The translations under genes and the position numbers were made by a program. A stretch of 64,000 bases of DNA from the NCBI RefSeq assembly GCF_009914755.1, contig NC_060927.1. One strand, 5' to 3'. The DNA comes from the human T2T-CHM13v2.0 reference genome, Homo sapiens. Positions 55,301 to 64,000 of the stretch are shown here, piece after piece (positions within the stretch are counted from its first letter, which is position 1; each line of letters begins with the position of its first letter). Below the pieces are notes generated by a model that was not told the origin of the DNA, searched no databases, and worked only from the letters and a program-made list of their open reading frames with translations.

Positions 55301-55959
55301 ATAGTGATAAATTCTATTTCATGCATTCTCATCATAAATAAGCATATAATATGTGGTGCATTTATAATTGCATATGCTGAATAGAGAGGGGGTTTTGATT
55401 AAATATTGATGATATTAATTTCTCCACTCACATTTTTCATGGTTGGTAAAAAGGGAAAAGCATTCACATACTTCCCATGCCAATTACTGTAGGACATATT
55501 CATATTTTGATGTAGTCTCCAGCCATTGTTGAACCAACACACACGGGCAGGAGGTGTGCTCTTGGAAGCCATTCTACACCAGGATGAGTAGCAATAATTT
55601 AGCTATACATAAATGTAACTGCAAAACACATTAGTGTATCCTCTCAAACCCAAACTAAAAGTATTCCCTATTCAACTTCCTCTTAGTTGGACCCTAAAAA
55701 ATCCCACAGCCACTCCATCACAACTCTCTTGAGGTAAAAGGTGATGAAAGGAGTATTGGAGTAGAGATGGATAATAATATTAAAATATTGCAGATACAGT
55801 ATTTCACATTTGTCTATGTTACAATTTATGACAATGTAAACATATTGCTAAGGTACTTCCCTGGACCTTGGAAGGAACTCTGCAAATCTTGACATTTAAA
55901 TGTTTTAGGTTCACAGTAAATCTGAAAGAAGGCCTGGGGAAAACCTGTTGGTAGGCGTT

Positions 55960-56400
55960 AAAAAGAGAGCAATTCCTGATATGATGCACTGAGATGGACA
56001 CGGCATCACTTTTGTGATATTTCTGCCAAAAGTGCATTCAAACTAAACTAAGGTATTATCTACAAACAACTGGCCTGTGCTTTACAAAAATATCTGTGTT
56101 ACGAAACACAAAGAAGACTGGGAAACTGTTCCTAATTAAAAGATACTAAAAAAAAAAAGGACAACTGAATGCAACATATCATCCAAGATTTTTCCTTGGT
56201 GTAAAGGACATTATTAAGACAATTGTCAAATCTGAATAAGCAGCGTAGAATAGATGATATTTTATGGATATAATTTTTTAATTTCAATAATTGAACTGAG
56301 ATCATGTAAGGTATTTCCTCACTTTAGGAGATACACACTGAGACATTTAGAGTAAAGGTGCATCATATCTGCAACTGACAAATGGTTCAGGGAAAAAAAA
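55960..56400 (+). mobile_element. L1MC-type 3' UTR fragment
   Basis: catcacttttgtgatatttctgccaaaa...acaactgaatgcaac...aaatggttcagg. Confidence 0.65.
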
Positions 56401-58169
56401 ATCTGGGGAATGCCAAATAAGGACTTCCTGTGTTTCTTTCTTTATCTCTCACTCACGTGAGCTTTGAGCAAAGGAGGGGTGGGAGTGAGGAGCAGCCCCC
56501 ACACAGCTGTTCAGGGATGTCTGGAAAAGAAGCCCACCCACATTGCTTCTGGACACTGGGTGTGACTTTGGAGGGTATCAGGTTTGTCTGTTAAAGAAAC
56601 TGCCAACCTCTTCCTGCCCCAATTGGCCTCTGTTCCCTTGCATGCCCTCTTTCCTTGGGACACTCCCTTAAGGCATCTTCTTGACATTAACTTAACTATA
56701 AATGTTTATTTGATGAATTTCAGTGACCTGAAGAGAGATGGAGGTCAAATCAGAAGAAGCACATGGCTAAGGTTGCAATGCACTTGCTTTTTCATTGAAT
56801 TAAAGTCATTCGAATACCATTCAGTTTACTTAAGTTCTAGGCCCAGCTTTACTCCTAATCGATGTCAGACTGTAGCAAATATTAGGTCCAAAGTTGGAAG
56901 AGTTAGCAGGATCCTCTCCATGACAGAACTTTGGCTTCCACTTTACTAAAATAGAGATTGTGTGGTTGAGCTGCAGCTATGTACAGAAAAGTGTCATACA
57001 ATTAAAAATCACCAAACTCAGTCTCTTCAATATGAGCAATAGTTGGTGAATTTACTCCACCACCTCCTCTCCTTGAAGGTTCTTTCCTGCTCTCCTCACT
57101 ATAAATGCAGGATGACCTGGAAAGGCTAGGACCTGAGGTTCAGTTACCCTGACACAAAGGAATTCAGTTTCTCTGATCTCATAGTCACAGGCTGCCAGAG
57201 CTCTACGGAACATGCAAGATCATCTGCTTTAAGCCTCTTGTGGTGGCATCTGTTGTTTTCCACTGCCCTGTACCTATTGCTCTTTCCTTGGTTAACAGAA
57301 CCTTTATTTTCTTCTGAAAACTCTCTGCTCAGTCATGGTAGGGCCATCAGTCCACATGATCAGGCCTCTCCTGGCCAAACATGGCATCTTTCTTTTGGGA
57401 ATTTGAATCTTAAGCTGAATAGCTGAAGTTCAAAAAAAGCTGTTGAATCTGACTTACGCCTACAGTGGCTTTGCAAAGTGACTGTCCATTCCTATTTCTT
57501 AAGTCCCTGAATTTATAATTTATCCTGGTTACAGCCCTTTCTGAGATGTGTGGTTTTTTTTCCAACTGTCTCTTATAGTCTGTGAATTTTCATATTTCTT
57601 TTCATACATTTTCATGTTTTGTTTGTTTGTTTGTGTGTTTTTTGGCTTTAGGTAGGCAGAATCAGTTTCTGTTGTTTATACCCAAGGAATCCTGATTGAT
57701 ACATCCTTCCCCTTTAAAAATAAAGTATCTAAGGCTCAAAGAGAGTAGGCTACCTGCCTGAGGTCTGGGAGTAAGTTAGTACCAGAGCTCGTACTAACCC
57801 CAGGTTAGCCAACTGCTTTACACAACATTTGCTCTCTCCTTCAGAGTTATAGCAGTCTTGGAAGAAAGAAGCTACTATTTTGCCAAAGACCTCAGGAGGA
57901 CCAAGAACAAGTTCTGGGATATGTGATGATTGAACTCTTAAAAAGTTTGTTGGACTTCTGGCCATAATTGTGTATCTAAGACCAGATTTCATTCTTAATA
58001 GCTAAACAAACAAACAAGAGATCCACAGGTTCAGCAGCTATAATAAGAGTGAATTACTGATACAGTTGACAACATGAATATATCTCAGAAACCATGGCAT
58101 CAATGAGCAAAAAAAATCCAGACACAGAAGAATACGTACCATATGCCTGCATTTATGTGATATTCTAGC

Positions 58170-58357
58170 ATTGTATTGTCCAACATAGTAGCCAGTAGCC
58201 TCACATGGCTATTCAAATTTAAGTTGATTAAAATTAAGTAAGAATAAAAATTTAGCTCTTCAGTAGCGTTAGCCACATGTAACTAGTGGCTACCACATCA
58301 GACGGTGCAAATATAGAATATTTCCTTTATAACAGAAAGTTCTATTGGAAAACAATG
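58170..58357. mobile_element. MER3-like DNA transposon within an old L1 3' fragment (about 58060-58600)
   Basis: tgtccaacatagtagccag...gtggctaccac...agaaagttctattgga. Confidence 0.75.
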
Positions 58358-59786
58358 TTCTAGAAAATATACACATAATCTATAAAAACAAAAAGCAAGT
58401 CAGTGATTGTCTAAGGCCAGGGGTGAGGGGAGATCGATTGCAAAGTGGTATGAGGAAAGTTTTGGGGTAATAGGGTTGTTGGAATCTTGATTGCGATGAA
58501 GGCTACTCGGTGTCTAATGTGTCACCTCCTCAGACTGAACACTTGGAATTGGCGAATTTCATTGTATGTAAATTATACCTCATAAAGTAACTCTAAGAGG
58601 TCAAGTGTTTTGTGGAAATTATTTTTAATCAGTTGCAATACTTATTATGAGATGATTTTTGCAAATACATAAACATGTTATTCATCCATTAGGTGCAATA
58701 TTTTTGCTAGCTCCTGAAAACACAGAGATGAATTAGAATAGCAAGCCTGCCCTCAAGCTGTTCACAATCCAGTACAGGAGATGAGTCTATTCAAAAATAG
58801 CTAGACTCCAGGAAGAAAGTTATAGGTGACCTTACACAAAAAAGTGCAGATATAATTATGTAGGACAGTAGAAGTGGGGAAGGTTTCTTTTATGTGGAAA
58901 AAAGAGGGAGAATTTTTGGTCTTTGAAGGATGAGCAAGATGTGAATATGCGCAGATGGAGTTTTAAAACATTCCTGGTGGAGGGCAGAATATGATCCAAG
59001 GCACAAGAGCAACCAGAAAAATATGCAACCTAGAGGAAAGTGCATGAAGGGGAGCAGTTGTAAAATAATTTTCATGAATGTAAGTGAGAAGAATTTGTAT
59101 CATAGACACCTGAGTTTGGCAGAGTGCATGTTCTTGGCTCCTAGGAGTCAAGAAGAACAAAGTGTCCCTTTCTCCTACGTTATGCTCAGTGGTCCAAGTC
59201 CAAAACACCTTTCCTTCCTTAAGTACTTTCTTCTCCCCTCCATACAAATCTAAAGTCTTCACAAACATCATTTAAACAGGCAGGTCATGGTCAGAAAGGC
59301 AATTGCTTTTCCTAGACTTCTATGTACGTTATTATATTACAATTTCTGCCTAAAAGACTCTAAAGTCTTGGAAAAGTTTCCACCTTGCACATCAAAGATA
59401 TAATTCATGCATTTGTATAGTAACCTTAGTCCCCTAAGAGAATAAGGATGAACTATAAATATAAGAAGTAATTATGGTAATTATAATATGATTGCCACTT
59501 ATTTTTCACTTGATCGTGTATGGTTGCATGCTACTGGTGTTCTGTTGAATTCTAGAGAGTTTGCCTCTTTTTCCTGGGTCAACTCTCGCCATTTATTTCC
59601 ATAATGCAATAGGAGCCAATCTTTTTCATAATTACTTATTTAAAATTTGTTGCCATTTAATTTCTGTTCCTCTTAGCTTAGTAACTTTAGGATTTTTAAA
59701 TAACAACTATTGAAATCATGACATACGTTTAAATGATATTATTTAAATACGTTAGGCTATAAACCTTTTAAATTTTTTAAAAAAAT

Positions 59787-60097
59787 AGATGAGTGTGGTG
59801 GCTCATGCCTGTAATCCCAACACTTTGGGAAGCCGGGTCGGGAGGATAGCTTGAGTCCAGCAGTTTGAGACCAGTCAGGGCAACACAGCAAGACCCCATA
59901 TCTAAAAAAACAAAACAAAACAAAATTACCTGGGTATGGTTGTGCTCACCTGTAGTCCAAGCTACACAGGAAGCTGAGGCAGAAGGATCACTTGAGCCCA
60001 GGAGGTTGAGGCTGCAGTGATCCATGAACGCGCTGCTACACTCAGTCTGGGTGACAGTGCAAGAAGCTGTCTCAAAAATAATAAATAAATAAAAATA
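59787..60097 (+). mobile_element. AluJ
   Basis: Diverged dimer with an (AAAT)n tail. Confidence 0.92.
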
Positions 60098-60269
60098 ACT
60101 TTTAAAAAACAAAAATTAATTAAATTTTAAAAACACAACACACTAGAGATGTTTGCAAATTGATTATTTGGGAGTCTATATCCCTGGAAGTTAATTTAAA
60201 ATATTTAGAAGAGTTCTTCCTCATTTCCTAGAGACGTCGAATTGTAAATATCAGAGCTAGAAGGAACAC

Positions 60270-60440
60270 TAGGGCTCGCCACTCCAAAGTGTGGTCCAAG
60301 GACCAGCAGCATCAAGTAACCTGGGAACGTGTTAGAAATGCAGAGTCTTAGGCCTCACCCCAGACCTACTGAACCAGAATCTGCATTAACAAGATTTCTA
60401 GGTGCCTCACGGGCACATTAAAACTTGAGAAGCTCTGCAC
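60270..60440. mobile_element. MER5A-like DNA transposon
   Basis: caaagtgtggtcc...gttagaaatgcagagtc...ccagacctactgaaccagaatctgcatt. Confidence 0.8.
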
Positions 60441-61499
60441 TAGAAATCTTCACTCCACCTTTCATTATAAATGGAATCACTTGGCTGTGGTCACAGGAAA
60501 TTGATTATTTTTAATTTCAGAACCTTCTATTTAGGTCATCTATATTTGCTAATAGCAGGGAAGAAAGCCAAACTCTTTAACTGCAATTAACAAATCTATA
60601 ATTAATTAGTTAAGCAATCTTCCCTTTAAGTTTTACATTTTGTGGAGCAAGCTGTTTGATTTGGCTGGGGCTCAGGCCGGCCTGTTTGTGAATTTCACAA
60701 TTCACAGATGTTAGCCGCTCTCGGGCTAAGTAAAGGAAGAGAATGTCAAGTTTTAAATAGCTTCTCCCTTCCATCCTGGCTGAAGCAACAAATAAAATAT
60801 TTTTATGAAACACATTTTGAGTTAGATTTACTTACAGGGAAATGTCAAATTTCTCTGAAAGGGCTTTAGATTGTCTCACAACTTTGACATCTACTGATGT
60901 CACCTATTTACAGGTGTGTCCTGTGACTAGGGGGTGAAGGGAAGATGTGAACTCACCATGTTAGTGACCGTTAGATACACAGAGTGGTTTTTTTTCCCCC
61001 TGTTGGAGTCTATCCTAACTGAGCTTCTGAATCATATTTCATTCAATTTCCAAATCCACAAAACCAGGATAAGTTTACAGCCCATATTCAGAAAGGAAAT
61101 AAATTATTTTGTGTGTAGACTTTCCTGATATTACACTGATTTGGGAATATATGAACAATTTTATGGTTTCCTTTCGAAGTAGGTCAAGTCAAAGCAAAAC
61201 CAAAAACAGCAAAAACTGTAAGACATAAAGAATAGAGTGGAGCCGACTGAGAGATTAAAATAAACTAGAATATTTTTATTAACAGGCAATTTGAAATAAT
61301 TTGTGCACTTCAGAATATTCTACAATAATATATTATTTCCAATTTTAATATCTTTAAGAAAATTACTATATTATATGTAAGTACATGTGCATGTGTTTGA
61401 GGTAGGATATTTAACTCAATAAAGGTTATTTTCTTTTATTCGGGTCAGGCAAAGCTTCTAAGGGGATGTGAAAGGGATATCTCTTTCTCTTAGCTGAGA

Positions 61500-62206
61500 G
61501 GAAGAGTGAGTTCTAAGTTAAATATAATCAAGGAATTTCCCTGTCTTTGCTATTTGAGATTGTGACCACAACAGGCGGTTGGCTGAAAGGGAAACTGAAG
61601 GGCGGGGAGGGAGGGAAATAGATGAAAAAACAAAACAAAACAAAACTTCCCTAAGCAGCTCTACAAAACATTTTAGCCCCAGAAATAGTCACAGAAATCC
61701 TCAAATCAAACCAGTATCCAGATACAAGGAAGTGTTATGTAGCTGGAGCAGGGTGGACACTCATCAGCTCAGTTCAGTTACAAAAGTCCAGGCTGCTGAA
61801 ATTAAACTCTGATGCCATTCATGCCAGCATCCAATCACGACAGAGATCAGAAGTTCAGAGATGCCTCCAGCTCCAAATTGCCAACAACAAGTGTGGCTAC
61901 TATACGTCAAGGACTCTGAAGCCGTGAGAGAGGGGGAAGAACAACAGTAGAGAGGATGCCCAGCTGGTAAGAATCGAGTGTTTATGAAGTTTTAGTCAAT
62001 TGATGAATCTCATTGGCTAAAATCAAGAAACGCTCCGCCTCTTTGCAAATATGTATGAAGGAGAGAAGTGCCTAAACTTCTATGTCTGATAGCATTTGAC
62101 CCTATTGCTTTTAGCCTCCCGGCTTTATATCTATATATACACAGGTATTTGTGTATATTTTATATAATTGTTCTCCGTTCGTTGATATCAAAGACAGTTG
62201 AAGGAA
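61500..62206 (+). promoter_or_regulatory. TP63: TAp63 (P1) promoter and 5' UTR
   Basis: Directly upstream of exon 1. kB-like GGAATTTCCC 61532-61541, ISRE-like GAAAGGGAAACT 61585-61596, GC-box GGGCGGGG from 61600, inverted CCAAT 62012-62016, TA-rich tract about 62125-62140. The TSS cannot be fixed from sequence. Confidence 0.8.
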
Positions 62207-62268
62207 ATGAATTTTGAAACTTCACGGTGTGCCACCCTACAGTACTGCCCTGACCCTTACATCCAGCG
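62207..62268 (+). CDS. TP63: TP63 exon 1 coding part (TA*/TAp63 N-terminus MNFETSRCATLQYCPDPYIQ-R, phase-2 end); the gene continues beyond the window
   Basis: ATG at 62207 translates to the known p63 TA* N-terminus. 62 coding nt end at CAGCG|gtgagt, a canonical donor at 62269. Confidence 0.97.
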
Positions 62269-63914
62269 GTGAGTTTGAATGTGACATAACTTCTCTCAAA
62301 ACTTAATTGAAGTGCCTTGTGTATTATGAATGTGTCAGCTGTGTACAAAGAACAATTCCTCCTTGTTTAGTCAGCACAGTGATATTATTTTGGACTTTCT
62401 GTGGACTTAAAGTGGTCTGTGGACATATTTTCTGAATGTCTTTTTTGGTTGATATTTGGATCTACAAAGTGAAAAAATTTGAAGCGAATCTTCCCATTTA
62501 AAAAAAATTATCACGCCATTTAAGAATGTTTAAAATATATTATTTGCCTTGTTCAGCACCTACTCACTCAATAAGAAATTTCACTGGGCAGGGATATAAT
62601 AATGTATGGATAATCTTCAAGTCAAAATAAACACCAAATAATTTTGATTTATACATTAAGAAATAGATAACTAGCCATTGTTGTACCAAACAGATTGTGG
62701 CTTGTCATTGCATTTTATAAGGAATATTTTTTGGTATGTTTGATAATGAAAATCTTTTGACAAATCTGACTTTTAAAGCTTGTGATTGTAGTAAATTTTA
62801 TTTAGAAACATTTGCCTAGTACTAAGAGAGAATATTAGTGAGGGTGCACAATTGTGTATGTGCTTCAAATTAGACTTTGCTATTTTTAAACTGGTAAATG
62901 AAATCTGAACAGTGTTTTTCCAGTCATAAAGTTATGGGAGATATTCAAGTCATATGTAGCAATGTGATGTTAGTTTAACAGCATGAGATTTCGTACTTTA
63001 TTTTATAAGACTAATGAGAGAGGTCCTTTGCGTGTTGAAAATGGTGAGGTTACAAAGGGTTAACTTGCCATTTACCACCTGTGTCTGTTGGAGCTTGATA
63101 CTAGAAGCAGATTCTGCTCTCTCTGGGCAGGACTCACTTACTGTAGACTAGTAGAGTGTGAAAGATTTGTGATCTTCCTTTAACGTGATTTGCTACAACG
63201 TAGAACACTAATGTGAGCTATGTAGATTGTTTCTCTTCCTGTGAGGTTTCTGGTGGGTTGTGCGAAAAGGCAGAAGAGAAAGAGCAAGGCAGAAAGATAA
63301 ATAGAATAAAGGAGATAAAAAGAAAAGGGTGAAAAAAGAGAGAGGGGAAGCAAGTTTGGGGTCTCCAAGGTTTCAGTGGAATTTGTTGGTGGTGGCTTGA
63401 TTCGTGTCTTGCTGTTTACCACAAACAACAATATTAGCACAAATAAATGGCTCTAGGATTTATGTTCTTGTATAATGTGAAAATTAGATCTAGCTGCAGT
63501 TGAGGATTGGGTTGATTAAAAAGAAAAACACCAAAGATTTTCTGGTTCTCAAAATTGTTTCTAATCTCAAAATTATCTATTCCATTAAACATCTTTGGAA
63601 ATAATAGTTCTAAGAAGATAATTGTGATGAAATAGTAACTGTGTAATGCTACTCTTGAGGGCATCTCTCCTAAACTAGGTACTTGGAACCAGGGAAGCTT
63701 TAGAAGAAACTTCCTTCTATTGACTAATAACCCACACTTCAATCCTGCATACATACCTCTCTAGAAGCATTTCTAATGATAAGAGAGGCCTATAAATATA
63801 AAGAAATAGAGAAACTACTTTTTATATTACCTTGACGATCTATTAGTTCATGAAGCAAATGTCATCTCAGTTTTTGACATACTGTAATATTCTAAGCAAT
63901 CATAGTATTTTTGG

Positions 63915-64000
63915 TTTTTTTTTAACCTTTATTTTAAGTTCAGGGGTACAAGTGCAAGTTTGTTATACAGGTAAACTTGTGTCATGGGGGTTTGTTGTAC
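63915..64000 (-). mobile_element. L1PA 3' end (runs off the window) in TP63 intron 1
   Basis: tttattttaagttcaggggtacaagtgcaagtttgttatacaggtaaacttgtgtcatggggg. Confidence 0.85.

Overview
Human (hominid) genomic DNA, AT-rich and repeat-dense. It covers about 62 kb upstream of, and including, the first coding exon of TP63 on the + strand. TA/TA*p63 exon 1 (ATG 62207, MNFETSRCATLQYCPDPYIQR, donor GT at 62269) is recognisable from the sequence. About 35 kb upstream, a solo ERV9/LTR12C LTR (26667-27885, 4-bp TSD) is followed by a short coding segment (MKCWEQRDWTAFTKVGKP) with a consensus donor in the same phase 2. This matches the known LTR-driven male-germline GTAp63 first exon. The rest is mostly transposable elements: L1, Alu, THE1, ERVL/LTR16, MLT1, MER67, MIR, L2 and DNA transposons. 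None of the supplied ORF-track ORFs looks like a real gene. The most unusual items are an apparently weakened poly(A) signal and a collapsed enhancer array in the LTR12C, an inverted tRNA-Lys/L1 chimeric insertion inside one TSD, and an Alu with a duplicated left arm. Repeat family names come from remembered consensus motifs, not a database run, and boundaries of old repeats are approximate.
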